A stretch of DNA of 64,000 bases. Origin: an archaeon (GTDB taxonomy: Archaea > Nanobdellota > Nanobdellia > Pacearchaeales > GW2011-AR1). The notes beneath the pieces were generated by a model, which did no database searches, was not told where the DNA came from, and saw only the letters and a list, made by a program, of their open reading frames with translations. Within the stretch, counting starts at the first letter, position 1, and every line of letters starts with the position of its first letter. Both the position numbers and the translations under genes were made by a program. Where the stretch lies: positions 13,875-77,874 of the forward strand of contig JAZDPV010000012.1 of the NCBI GenBank assembly GCA_043797265.1. The letters are read 5' to 3'. Of this stretch, positions 34,227-43,899 are shown piece by piece.

Positions 34227-36804
34227 CGTCATCATAACCACCCGCAATTCTAAACCGCCCCTTACAAACACCATTCTTCAAACCGCCACACAATCGACTC
34301 TCCCTCGACCGCCCCCGATAATCATAACTCACAACAACCTCGTCAAAATTTTTCTCCGTCACCGAAATATCAAAATCAATATACCTCGCATACCACCGAC
34401 CCGCCTCCTTCCAAAACGAACCAGGATTATTCACCACCGGCGCAGTCCTGTCAACAACAACCTCACTCTTCACAGACTCGACACCATTCCCCGCAACATC
34501 CTCGACGACAAACCAATATTCAACCAAACCATCCGGCAAATCAACCGAAACATCACACTCCCAATTCCTCCCGACCTCAACGCAACCCTCAACCTCCTCG
34601 ACAAATCCATCATAATTCAAAAAAACTCCCGACGGATTAACCTCCCTAAACCTGACACTAAAATCCCCGTCAGAAAAACCACCGCTCGGCTCGACCTTAA
34701 GAATCACGGGCTTTATCGAATCAACAAAAAAATTCAAACTATGCTCCTCTTTCTCAACCGAATCCGAGCACCTCACAAAAACATCATGCTCCCCCTCGGA
34801 AAAAAATCTGCTGCCAAAATACCCGTCGCAATTCCGGCACAACCTCACCCACCTCGGACTCGACGCCGAATAATCAATATACTCTATCAATCCCAAACTC
34901 TTGCTCCCAACAACTTCAAAAGGAATATTCCTCGCAGAAAAAACATCATCATCCGTCGGAGAACTAACAACACATAAACCACCACCAGCACAAACATCCC
35001 CTGCATCATCACAACCAAACCTGCATTCCTCACAATTATCAACATTTTTACTATCACAATAAGACTCATCCGTCCCGCCATTCACACAAAAATGACTCAC
35101 ATTAGATTCACAAAACGTCCCTTCCTTACAAGACCTCGTCGACAAACTCTCGCCGCAATCACCATCGTCAAAACACTCAATCGGATTAACCCAAATCGGA
35201 TTCGTATAAAATCTCCTCTTCCCATCCTTGCTCACGCAATCAAAACGATAATACTTCTTCCCGGCGTCAATCTCCAAACCAACCTCTGAAAAAGTACCAG
35301 TACTATTATAATAATAACCAGGATTATCAAGCATATCCGAATAAACCCTGCGCTCAACTCCCGCATCAATAATTCCCTCATAAAAAGAAAAATTACAATA
35401 CCCGTGAATAAAAACATTCGCTACCATCTCCACCTCCCCGCCCTCAAGAATATTAATCTCCTCGCCAAACCCCGCGACATCCCCATGCAAATTATCAAAT
35501 TTAATAATAAGAAAATCACCATTACTCACATAACAATTCCCATTCTTCAACGCCTCAAAAATACTCTCCTTAAACTCACTATCCCCGACGGTATACGGCG
35601 AATAACAACAAGTATACTCCTTCCCAAAATTCTGAAAATCCCCATGCGCATCCGACCCCGCCGAAATAAAAACCTTCCGCCCATCCAAAAGAACATCCTT
35701 CCACTTCTCAATCCCCTCCTTTAAATCTACAACAACCTGTTCATCCTTAATGTCCCCATTCCAAATCTGCAAACCAGAAAACGGCAAAGAATAATCATGC
35801 CAAGTATCAACAGTTTCTAAACCTAAAATTATATCTATATTTGACTCCGGATGTGCAGCATAACTAAATCCACCCTGACCATTAACATTATTAATCACTT
35901 CCTCACAAGAAGGATTTTTCGACGAAAGCACATCAACAAAATTATCCTCGATATAATCCGAATAATCATAAGCCAGCAAATGATTCCCCCCTCCAACTAA
36001 ATTATAATCACAATTAACTTCCGTGCCAACCAAACACTTGTCATAACTACTACAATCATTCTTAAAATCACCCCAACTTAAACCAATATCATCATCTTTA
36101 TGTTCACTAAACGAATTCGAATGGTCAGTAACCGTCACCCAATCCAAACCCAAAACATCCAACACCGAAACAGTCGCACTAATCGGAGCACCAAACTCCC
36201 CCGCCGAAGAAGATAAAAATTTTGTATCTGTATAACTACTATGATAATGACTATCCCCACAATACCAATTAGGAATTTTTGGCAAATCTGAATCAATCTG
36301 AACAACCAAAGGATAAAACTCATTATCCGGCTCAGCATCACCGTCGGGAAACCCAACCCCCTTATACTTAGCAGTAATTTTAATACTATTATTACCATCC
36401 TTCTTAAATAAATCAGGATTAAGATATTCAACATCATACCAAACACGAGTATTAATCGTGCAATAAGAACCCGAATCTATAGACAATCCTAAATCCGTAC
36501 AAGAAAAACTTTTAACTAACCTACTCTTATTATTCCCATCATAAATTTCAACAGCATAAAAAGAATATTCCCAATAATCACTTCCATACGCATCCCTTAC
36601 CTCAAACAAAACGGGAACAAGTTCGCCAGACTCGATTCTATGGGGCACGTCGACGATAAATTCTCTCTGAGCAGTCTCTTCGACATAAAGTGGTCTGATT
36701 ACGCCGGAATCATTCTCCTCGATCATATCCTTATCTACATAAGCCGACACCATAGAAAATAAAACTAAAAATAATAAAATAACTACAAAAAATTGCTTCC
36801 TCAT
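34165..36804 (-). CDS. secreted PHP-domain protein with C-terminal Ig-like repeats
   Basis: The signal peptide is MRKQFFVVILLFLVLFSMVSA. PHP motifs are GDSHYHSSYTD, VTDHSNS, AAHPE and GSDAHGD. The middle is Cys-rich. Confidence 0.7.
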   Translation of the reverse strand: MRKQFFVVILLFLVLFSMVSAYVDKDMIEENDSGVIRPLYVEETAQREFIVDVPHRIESGELVPVLFEVRDAYGSDYWEYSFYAVEIYDGNNKSRLVKSFSCTDLGLSIDSGSYCTINTRVWYDVEYLNPDLFKKDGNNSIKITAKYKGVGFPDGDAEPDNEFYPLVVQIDSDLPKIPNWYCGDSHYHSSYTDTKFLSSSAGEFGAPISATVSVLDVLGLDWVTVTDHSNSFSEHKDDDIGLSWGDFKNDCSSYDKCLVGTEVNCDYNLVGGGNHLLAYDYSDYIEDNFVDVLSSKNPSCEEVINNVNGQGGFSYAAHPESNIDIILGLETVDTWHDYSLPFSGLQIWNGDIKDEQVVVDLKEGIEKWKDVLLDGRKVFISAGSDAHGDFQNFGKEYTCCYSPYTVGDSEFKESIFEALKNGNCYVSNGDFLIIKFDNLHGDVAGFGEEINILEGGEVEMVANVFIHGYCNFSFYEGIIDAGVERRVYSDMLDNPGYYYNSTGTFSEVGLEIDAGKKYYRFDCVSKDGKRRFYTNPIWVNPIECFDDGDCGESLSTRSCKEGTFCESNVSHFCVNGGTDESYCDSKNVDNCEECRFGCDDAGDVCAGGGLCVVSSPTDDDVFSARNIPFEVVGSKSLGLIEYIDYSASSPRWVRLCRNCDGYFGSRFFSEGEHDVFVRCSDSVEKEEHSLNFFVDSIKPVILKVEPSGGFSDGDFSVRFREVNPSGVFLNYDGFVEEVEGCVEVGRNWECDVSVDLPDGLVEYWFVVEDVAGNGVESVKSEVVVDRTAPVVNNPGSFWKEAGRWYARYIDFDISVTEKNFDEVVVSYDYRGRSRESRLCGGLKNGVCKGRFRIAGGYDDVKIVVRDLAGNSADYVLEGL

Positions 36805-37085
36805 AATTTTTTCTCGCAATATTTTCCTACAAAAATTCCTACAAAAACAAAAATTAAAATTAATAACAAAGAATAAACAAAAAATCCTATTATCCCAGTA
36901 TTTCCAAAAAAAGGCAGACAGCCTAAGAAAAAAATAGGATAAAAAATAAAAGCTACCCAAGAATCTATTTTAAATGGACAACTATATCCAACAAATCCTA
37001 ATGCAATAGAATAATAAATTCCTATAAGAACATAAATCCCTCCAACTCCCCCCCCAATCAAACCACCTTTCCAAGCCCTCTCCAT
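36801..37085 (-). CDS. hypothetical small membrane protein
   Basis: It has three hydrophobic helices and an ATGA overlap with the PHP gene. Confidence 0.5.
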   Translation of the reverse strand: MERAWKGGLIGGGVGGIYVLIGIYYSIALGFVGYSCPFKIDSWVAFIFYPIFFLGCLPFFGNTGIIGFFVYSLLLILIFVFVGIFVGKYCEKKL

Positions 37086-37141
37086 CCAACCTAAACAAAA
37101 CCAAACTATTTAAAATCTCCTAAAAATTATTCTCCAAATAT

Positions 37142-40066
37142 TTACCTCAAACTCTCTTCAATCACCCCCTTCTCCTCGTCGGTAATCCCATATAACTTGT
37201 AAACCTCTTCATTAATCTCATAATCAATATTATCAATTTGCTGTTTCAATCTTTCTTTTTCTCCGCCCGCAATTTTCTCATCGTGATATTTTTTCTGAAG
37301 TTCAAGCATTTGCTCAACAAGGGAAATTATTTTCTTTTCTTGGGCGGAAGGGGGAAGACGAATCGGAAGATTTTTAATAAATCTGTTTTCATAAGAATAA
37401 TACCCTCCTCGTAAAAATGTAGAAGTCTTCTTAATAAAAAATTCAGATAACTTACTATTTAAAATTCCCAATAAAATTTCTTTGTTATATTCGTTTTTAA
37501 CTTTAAGTCCATAACCTCCAGCCACTCCAGCAGTAAAAAACCATTCTCTCGTTTTGTCTATGGTAAATGAATTTGAAAAAGCATTAAACGGAGTTAGAAT
37601 CTTTTCCTTTTCAAATTCTTCTAAATTTTGAGGTCTACTAAATGCATACCAAGATATTTTATTTTCTTTTACATCTGTTCTATCTTTAAGAAGAGATTTG
37701 TGTTTTGTTAAATATTTATAACACTTAGGGAATTCTTTCTCAAGTTCTCTTTCGGAAATTAAAGTATATTTATTTTCTTTTAAGATATAAGGGAAAATTA
37801 AATGCCTTTGAGAAGTTAATGACTTATATTTTTTTATTTCTAATCCTTTTACTAATTTTTTCAAAATTTTTCTCTCTATTTCAATATAACCATTTTCTTC
37901 GTCGGAGAAAAATTTTCCTTCTTTTTCATGTATAATAAAAACTTTATCAGCACTAGTTATTAATCCTTGAAATATCTTTTCGCAAACATCTTCTAATTTT
38001 AAATCTACTTTATCTAATTTTTCTAAAAGATTAGAATTATTTTCACTCCCAAAGTTCCAAGTTTTACCTTCTAATTTAGCTTGAGAATAAATAATGGAAT
38101 TTTGAATATCAATTTCTCCAAAAGAAGCTTTTTTCAAATCAGAAATTTTTATATAAACTAATTTACTCATTTTATCTTCTTTTGATTTTCTAAGAACATA
38201 AATTCCAGGATAAGTAATAGCACTTTCAAATACTGGCAAATCTCCAAAATCAACAATTTTATTTATAGTTGAATTGTTTAATATAAATTCTCTTAAACTT
38301 TCTCCATAATTTGCAGACATAAATTTTGAAGGCATAATAAACGAAAACAATCCTTTCTCTCTCATTATCTTTAAACTCAATTCTGTGAATAACATATAAG
38401 TATCAATATATCCTTTAGCAACATCATATTTTTTATTTAACCATTTAACTTCTTTTGGATTAATTTCCTGAACACGAACATACGGCGGATTCCCGACGAC
38501 AACATCAAAACCTCCACTTTTGAAAACATCTGGGAATTGCGCTTTCCAATTAAAAGCCCTGTCTGAAACTTTCGCGTCGTCAATTAATGAATTCCCACAT
38601 TTAATATTATTTTCAAGATGAGGCAAAAGCATCTTCCTTGTTTCCTGCGTTTCTTCATCTAAAAGTTTTAATAACAAATTCAATCTCGCAAGTTCAACCG
38701 CCTTCTCATCCAAGTCAACTCCATAAACGCAGTTTCTCAAAATCTCAATCTTCTGCCCCAAATTTAATTTATCTATTTTCTTCCCAGAATTTTTAAATAA
38801 AGTCTTGCTCCCTTCCTCTCCATTATTTAATTTATCTTCTATAACATTGCAAACCTCAACAAATGCTCGCGTAATAAACGAACCCGAACCACACGCAGGG
38901 TCTAAAATATTCACTTCCAAAATTTCATCAATCGTCTTATCTTTAATATATTCATAAACCGTATTCTTAACGATGTAATCCACAATATAAGCGGGAGTAT
39001 AATAAATTCCCATTTTCTTTCTTTTCCCCGACGATGAATCCAGTTTCACCCGCTTTTCTGTTCCCGCCAAAATAGTCCCCAAATATTGCTCATAAATCCC
39101 TCCAAATAAATCTCCGGGAATCTGGTCAAATAAATATCTCTCTTGATTTCCCTCGCTCCCAAAATATAATGCAACTATAACTTTTCTTAAAACCTCGTCA
39201 GAAAAAGCTCCCTCCTTTTCCAAAAGTCCTTTCTCAAATAATTTAGAGTCATACTTTTTATTAAATTCTTCAAATTGTTCAAGTAAATAAGGAAATAACT
39301 GGAACCTTACTACTTGTTGCCTCACATTACTTTCTAAACTTTTAAGAAAATTCATTGGCTCCAACCCCCTATCTTCAACGCTTCTTATAAAAATCAACCT
39401 GTCAATTAAAATCTGAACAACCTCGTCGATAACCTCTTGACTAAGATAATTCTTTTTTGCCTTTAATTCTTTTGAAAGCCAACCTCTAATATTCAATAAA
39501 TCATTTAAAATATTTTCATCAATCGGTTTGTTAATTTTTTCATCTTTAGCCGAAAGCAATTTATCTATCTCCCTATTCTCAAAACTCTCCCTCGACAAAA
39601 GCCAAAGCAAATCAAACTTCTCAACAAAATCTTTCGCCTCAAGAATAAAATATGCTCCGTCCTTCTTTAATAAATTTCTATCTATAAGTTTTACATTCGA
39701 AAGTGCATGATAAACTCTAAGATGTTTAAAATTTGTAAGAACAGCAAATTTAATTTTTCTATGATAAGCATACGAAACCGCCTGTCTACCCTCTTCTTCC
39801 AACAAATGAACGCTAGTCTTCTTTGCTTCAATAACAAGTTTTTCTTGGTTCCCAATTCTCAAAATATAATCCGCTCGCCCCTTCAAAATCCTGGTTTCCT
39901 TAGAAATCTCTTCCCTTTTCCATCCCAAAGCTTCAAACAACGGCTCAATAAACTGAAACTTAATATCTTCCTCAGGCATAGAATCAATTTGACTTTTTGG
40001 ATAAGACTCAAACTTCTCAACCAGCCTCCCAACCTCTTCCTTCGCCTTCTCTTTATCGCTCATCAC
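37142..40066 (-). CDS. Type IIG restriction-modification enzyme (PD-ExK nuclease + gamma-class N6-adenine methyltransferase + specificity domain)
   Basis: The N-terminal GRADYIL...LVIEAKK gives D...ExK. Motif I is ILDPACGSGSFI and motif IV is VVGNPPYV. A long TaqI/Eco57I-like C-terminal region follows. The gene is AT-rich relative to the host. Confidence 0.85.
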   Translation of the reverse strand: MMSDKEKAKEEVGRLVEKFESYPKSQIDSMPEEDIKFQFIEPLFEALGWKREEISKETRILKGRADYILRIGNQEKLVIEAKKTSVHLLEEEGRQAVSYAYHRKIKFAVLTNFKHLRVYHALSNVKLIDRNLLKKDGAYFILEAKDFVEKFDLLWLLSRESFENREIDKLLSAKDEKINKPIDENILNDLLNIRGWLSKELKAKKNYLSQEVIDEVVQILIDRLIFIRSVEDRGLEPMNFLKSLESNVRQQVVRFQLFPYLLEQFEEFNKKYDSKLFEKGLLEKEGAFSDEVLRKVIVALYFGSEGNQERYLFDQIPGDLFGGIYEQYLGTILAGTEKRVKLDSSSGKRKKMGIYYTPAYIVDYIVKNTVYEYIKDKTIDEILEVNILDPACGSGSFITRAFVEVCNVIEDKLNNGEEGSKTLFKNSGKKIDKLNLGQKIEILRNCVYGVDLDEKAVELARLNLLLKLLDEETQETRKMLLPHLENNIKCGNSLIDDAKVSDRAFNWKAQFPDVFKSGGFDVVVGNPPYVRVQEINPKEVKWLNKKYDVAKGYIDTYMLFTELSLKIMREKGLFSFIMPSKFMSANYGESLREFILNNSTINKIVDFGDLPVFESAITYPGIYVLRKSKEDKMSKLVYIKISDLKKASFGEIDIQNSIIYSQAKLEGKTWNFGSENNSNLLEKLDKVDLKLEDVCEKIFQGLITSADKVFIIHEKEGKFFSDEENGYIEIERKILKKLVKGLEIKKYKSLTSQRHLIFPYILKENKYTLISERELEKEFPKCYKYLTKHKSLLKDRTDVKENKISWYAFSRPQNLEEFEKEKILTPFNAFSNSFTIDKTREWFFTAGVAGGYGLKVKNEYNKEILLGILNSKLSEFFIKKTSTFLRGGYYSYENRFIKNLPIRLPPSAQEKKIISLVEQMLELQKKYHDEKIAGGEKERLKQQIDNIDYEINEEVYKLYGITDEEKGVIEESLR

Positions 40067-40148
40067 ACTCCCTCACACCATTCACATTTCCCACTCGGAC
40101 ACTCCCCCTCCAACAACTCCAACGCCCCCCTCCAAACCTTCTCCTCCA

Positions 40149-40805
40149 TCATCTCCCCTCGCACCACTCACACGATTTAGTTGGACAATCAGAGTTTAAT
40201 AATTTTATTGCACTCTTCCATTCATCCTCTGCAACTTCAACATCAACCTTCATCTTCACCAACTCGCTATCAAAAATAACTTCTCCCGTCGACAAAACTT
40301 CCTTCGGCACATAAAACAAAAGAAAAAAATAATCCTCCGTCTCGTAGCCGTTCTTCCTCAAAAGAAAATTATAAACATTCTGTTGCAATCTATAATGCTC
40401 CGCCGTGTCGTCTTTGACCGCATAACCCCTCGTCTTGTAATCCAACACAATCAACTTCTTCCCTTTCATCAAAATATTATCAACCGCCCCGTGCAACTCA
40501 TTCCCATTCTTGTCCGTCCACGAAATCCCCTTAAAATTATTCTGCCAAACCTTCATCTTCTCCGAATCATCAAACAACTTCATATCCTCGCAATGACAAT
40601 TGTCGCACAACTCCGGCGGCAACAACCCCTTGTCCCGAAACTTGTCAAAATGAATTTTCAAAATTCTATCCATCCCCGACGGCAGCGACGGAAAAACTCC
40701 GCTCGGCCGCTTCCAAACTTTATGTTGCGTCAGCCAAAAGCATCTCGGACACTCCTTAAACAAATTCAAAACCGACGGCGACAACTTATATCCCATTCCA
40801 AACAA
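40149..40805 (-). CDS. Cas4-like PD-(D/E)xK nuclease with four-cysteine cluster
   Basis: CPRCFW at the N-terminus, LDYKTR, QQNVYNFLL (the QxxxY motif) and C-terminal CPTKSCEWC. Confidence 0.75.
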   Translation of the reverse strand: MFGMGYKLSPSVLNLFKECPRCFWLTQHKVWKRPSGVFPSLPSGMDRILKIHFDKFRDKGLLPPELCDNCHCEDMKLFDDSEKMKVWQNNFKGISWTDKNGNELHGAVDNILMKGKKLIVLDYKTRGYAVKDDTAEHYRLQQNVYNFLLRKNGYETEDYFFLLFYVPKEVLSTGEVIFDSELVKMKVDVEVAEDEWKSAIKLLNSDCPTKSCEWCEGR

Positions 40806-40858
40806 ACAACCTCACCCTATAAAAAATTACCTATCACAACTTCTCACCACTTCCCTCA

Positions 40859-40893
40859 TCCTGCGTTAGTCCTGCGTTAGTCCGCGTGCTATT
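40859..40893. repeat. 11-nt array ending in GCTATT, overlapping the gyrA stop
   Basis: tcctgcgttag tcctgcgttag tccgcgtgct att. On the - strand this reads GAG TAA TAGCACGCGGAC TAACGCAGGAC TAACGCAGGA. Confidence 0.9.
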
Positions 40894-43462
40894 ACTCCCC
40901 CCTCTCCTCAAACGGCACTCTAACCAAATCCGAAACCCTATCCCCGTCCTTCAACTTAATCACCCTAACCCCCTGCGTCGCCCGTCCCATAATCCGAATA
41001 TTCTTCACCGGCGTCCTAATCACAATCCCTTTCTTCGTCGTCACAATAATATTATCGCTATCAATAACCGACTCCGACTTCACAATCTCTCCCGTCTTCG
41101 CCGTAACCTTCATATTAATCACGCCCTTCCCCGCACGCCCCGTCAGCCGATAGTCCTCAATCTCACTCCTCTTCCCATAACCATTCCTCGAAATCGTCAA
41201 AACCGAAAACCCCTCTCCTATTTTCAACTTTCTATTTTCTATTTTCCCGGCCGGCAACACCTCAAGCGAAACCACCTTGTCATTTTTATTTAATTTAATC
41301 CCAGCGACGCCATAAGACGCCCGCCCCATCGCACGAACATCCTCGTTCTTAAAATGAATCGCCTGCCCTTTCGCCGTCACCAGCAAAACTTCCTGCCCTT
41401 CCTTCATCGGCTTGACATCAACCAAACTATCTCCCGTCTCCACAACTTTAATCGCCTTAACCCCGCCCTTCCTCGGATTCGCAAACTGCGCCAGCTCAAT
41501 CTTCTTCACAACACCCTTCTCCGTCGCCATCATAAGATAATCTTTAAACTCTTTCACCGCCAAAACCGACGTCACTCTCTCATCCTTCAACTCAAGCAAA
41601 TTCACAATCGCCTTCCCCCTAGTCGACTTCGCCGACGCCGGCACCTCATACGCCTTCAACCAATGCACCTTTCCCTTGTCCGTAAAAAACAACATATAAT
41701 CGTGCGTCGAACAAGTCAGCAATTCTTTCACGAAATCCCCCTCGCTCAAATCCGAACCAATCACACCCCGCCCGCCCCGTCGCTGTTCCCTGTATTGCTC
41801 CAAATCCAATCTCTTAATATAACCCCTGTCCGTAATCGTCACCACCACATCCCTCTTGTCAACCAAATCCTTCTCCTCCAACTCCTTCACCGCCCCGACA
41901 ATCTTCGTCTTCCTCGCGTCCCCATAATTCGCCTTCATCTCCTCCAACTCCTTCCGAATAATTTTCAAAATCAATTTCTCGTCCCCAAGAATCTTCTTCA
42001 ATTTCTCAATCAACACCCTCAGCTCCTTCTCCTCGCTCTTCAACTTGTCAAACTCCAACGACGTAATCTGATGCAACCTCATTTCCAAAATCGCCTCAAC
42101 CTGTCTGTCGCTCAAACTATATTTCAACTTCAACCCCACAGCCGCCTCGGTCTTGCCCTTCGCCGCCCGAATCAATTTTACAACAGCGTCGATATTACTC
42201 TGCGCAATCAACAACCCATCAACAATATGCAGCCTCTTCTCCGCCTTGTCCAAATCAAACTCGTTCGTCTTCCTCACGACCTTCTGCCTATGCCCCACGT
42301 ATACCTTGATATACTCGCGCAAAGTCAACAACCTCGGCACAAAATCAACCAACGCCAACATATTCGCATTAAACGCGACCCTCAACTGAGTAAATTTATA
42401 CAAACGATTCAAAGTAAACTTCGGCTCAGCATCTTTCCTCAACTCAATCACAACCCGAACCTTCCCCTTCGACGACTCGTCCCGAATATCTGCAACATCC
42501 GGCAGCTTCTTGTCCCGAACCAGCATCGCAATCTGCTCAACCAAAACCGACTTGTTCACCTGATAAGGAACTTCGCTAATCACAATCTTCATCTTGTCCT
42601 TCGACCTCCTCGGCTCCTCAACAATCGTCTTTCCCTCGACAACCAACTTCCCCCTCCCCTCAGTATAAATTCTTCTTATCTCCCCCGAAACCGAACCGCC
42701 CGTCGGAAAATCCGGCGCCTTAATCGCAGCAATCAAATCCTTGTCATCGCAATTCGGATTATCAAGCCACGTCAAAATCGCATCGCAAGTATTATTCAAA
42801 TTATGCGGCGGAATATTCGTCGCCATTCCAACAGCAATCCCGCTCGCCCCGTTCAAAAACAAATTCGGAATCCGCCCCGGCATCACGACCGGCTCCTCGT
42901 TCGTATTAGAATAATTCAACATCATCTTCACCGTCTTCTTGTCAATATCCATCAGCAACTCATCAGAAATTTTCGCCATCTTCGCCTCGGTATACCTGTA
43001 AGCCGCCGCGCCGTCGCCATCCATCGAACCAAAATTTCCCTGCCCGATAACCAGCGGATATCTAAACGACCAATCCTGCGCCATCCTGACCATCGCCTCA
43101 TAAATCGAAGCGTCCCCATGCGGATGATACTTCCCCATCGTGTCCCCGACAATCGCCGCCGACTTCTTCGTCTGCTTATTAAAATAAATCCCTAAGTCAT
43201 TCATCGCCCACAAAATCCGACGCTGAACCGGCTTCAACCCATCCTCCGCCGCCGGCAACGCCCTCGCAACAATAACCGACATCGCATAATTCAAATACGC
43301 CTCCCGCATCTCCGTCGAAATCTCGGCATCAATCAACTCCTTCGCCATCACCGACGCCTTCAGCTCCTCGCGCCTCTTCGCAAAATCCTCCGAATCTTTT
43401 TCCGCCTCGTCCATCTCAATCTCCTTCACATCATCATTCTCAACAACTTCATCTTTGTTCAT
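40892..43462 (-). CDS. gyrA: DNA gyrase subunit A
   Basis: GLKPVQRRILWAM, KYHPHGD and AAYRYTEAKM, followed by C-terminal beta-pinwheel repeats. Confidence 0.95.
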   Translation of the reverse strand: MNKDEVVENDDVKEIEMDEAEKDSEDFAKRREELKASVMAKELIDAEISTEMREAYLNYAMSVIVARALPAAEDGLKPVQRRILWAMNDLGIYFNKQTKKSAAIVGDTMGKYHPHGDASIYEAMVRMAQDWSFRYPLVIGQGNFGSMDGDGAAAYRYTEAKMAKISDELLMDIDKKTVKMMLNYSNTNEEPVVMPGRIPNLFLNGASGIAVGMATNIPPHNLNNTCDAILTWLDNPNCDDKDLIAAIKAPDFPTGGSVSGEIRRIYTEGRGKLVVEGKTIVEEPRRSKDKMKIVISEVPYQVNKSVLVEQIAMLVRDKKLPDVADIRDESSKGKVRVVIELRKDAEPKFTLNRLYKFTQLRVAFNANMLALVDFVPRLLTLREYIKVYVGHRQKVVRKTNEFDLDKAEKRLHIVDGLLIAQSNIDAVVKLIRAAKGKTEAAVGLKLKYSLSDRQVEAILEMRLHQITSLEFDKLKSEEKELRVLIEKLKKILGDEKLILKIIRKELEEMKANYGDARKTKIVGAVKELEEKDLVDKRDVVVTITDRGYIKRLDLEQYREQRRGGRGVIGSDLSEGDFVKELLTCSTHDYMLFFTDKGKVHWLKAYEVPASAKSTRGKAIVNLLELKDERVTSVLAVKEFKDYLMMATEKGVVKKIELAQFANPRKGGVKAIKVVETGDSLVDVKPMKEGQEVLLVTAKGQAIHFKNEDVRAMGRASYGVAGIKLNKNDKVVSLEVLPAGKIENRKLKIGEGFSVLTISRNGYGKRSEIEDYRLTGRAGKGVINMKVTAKTGEIVKSESVIDSDNIIVTTKKGIVIRTPVKNIRIMGRATQGVRVIKLKDGDRVSDLVRVPFEERGE

Positions 43463-43545
43463 CTTATTTCACTCCATTCCTCCTAATCCATTTAACACAC
43501 TTCTCCGTCAATAAATCAAAATCCTTCTCTCTATCAAACTCAAAC

Positions 43546-43788
43546 TTAACTATTCCCATTTTCCCTCCACGCCCCGCGTTTATTCGCGTTCATTCGTGAG
43601 CCATTTTTCTTCCCCAATTTATTTTTATCAACAACCAAAATCGGGAAACTCACATTGGTATACCCACACTTCGAACACCTCATCTTCGGTATAATCCCAA
43701 ATAAATTCCCAAGCCCAAAGGTATACCCAACATTAGTCGACCTGCATCTCGGACAAAACGAAACTTTAACTTTCTTCACCATTTCCAA
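43546..43788 (-). CDS. zinc-ribbon protein between gyrB and gyrA
   Basis: CPRC...CSKC. The C-terminal tail is encoded by a decamer repeat. Confidence 0.55.
   Translation of the reverse strand: MEMVKKVKVSFCPRCRSTNVGYTFGLGNLFGIIPKMRCSKCGYTNVSFPILVVDKNKLGKKNGSRMNANKRGAWRENGNS
43574..43603. repeat. decamer array of the TCGYGTTNAT type
   Basis: ccgcgtttat tcgcgttcat tcgtgagcca, read as GSRMNANKRG. Confidence 0.8.
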
Positions 43789-43813
43789 CCCTCCACCAAA
43801 TCAACACAAAATC

Positions 43814-43899
43814 GGCAACGAAGTTGCCTTAACTTAAACCTGACGCCTGACGCCTGACGCCTGACGCCTGATTTATGAAAATCTTTGATTTTCATAAAT
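43814..43899. repeat. mosaic: GAA-triloop hairpin, four CTGACGC heptads, 13-bp hairpin overlapping the gyrB stop
   Basis: ggcaac-GAA-gttgcc (43814-43828), ctgacgc x4 plus ctgattt (43840-43874), and atttatgaaaatc-ttt-gattttcataaat (43871-43899). Confidence 0.9.

Noticed and set aside
41354-43195. A 613-aa + strand ORF antisense to gyrA. Similar long + strand ORFs lie at 44795-45826 and 44268-44900 (antisense to gyrB), 15721-16872, 52850-53653, 23129-23635, 11814-12374 and 40383-41293.
   Set aside because: Their translations are low-complexity R/L/P/N/Q/H strings. They overlap genes with strong motif support on the other strand. They exist because the A/C-rich + strand rarely forms stop codons.
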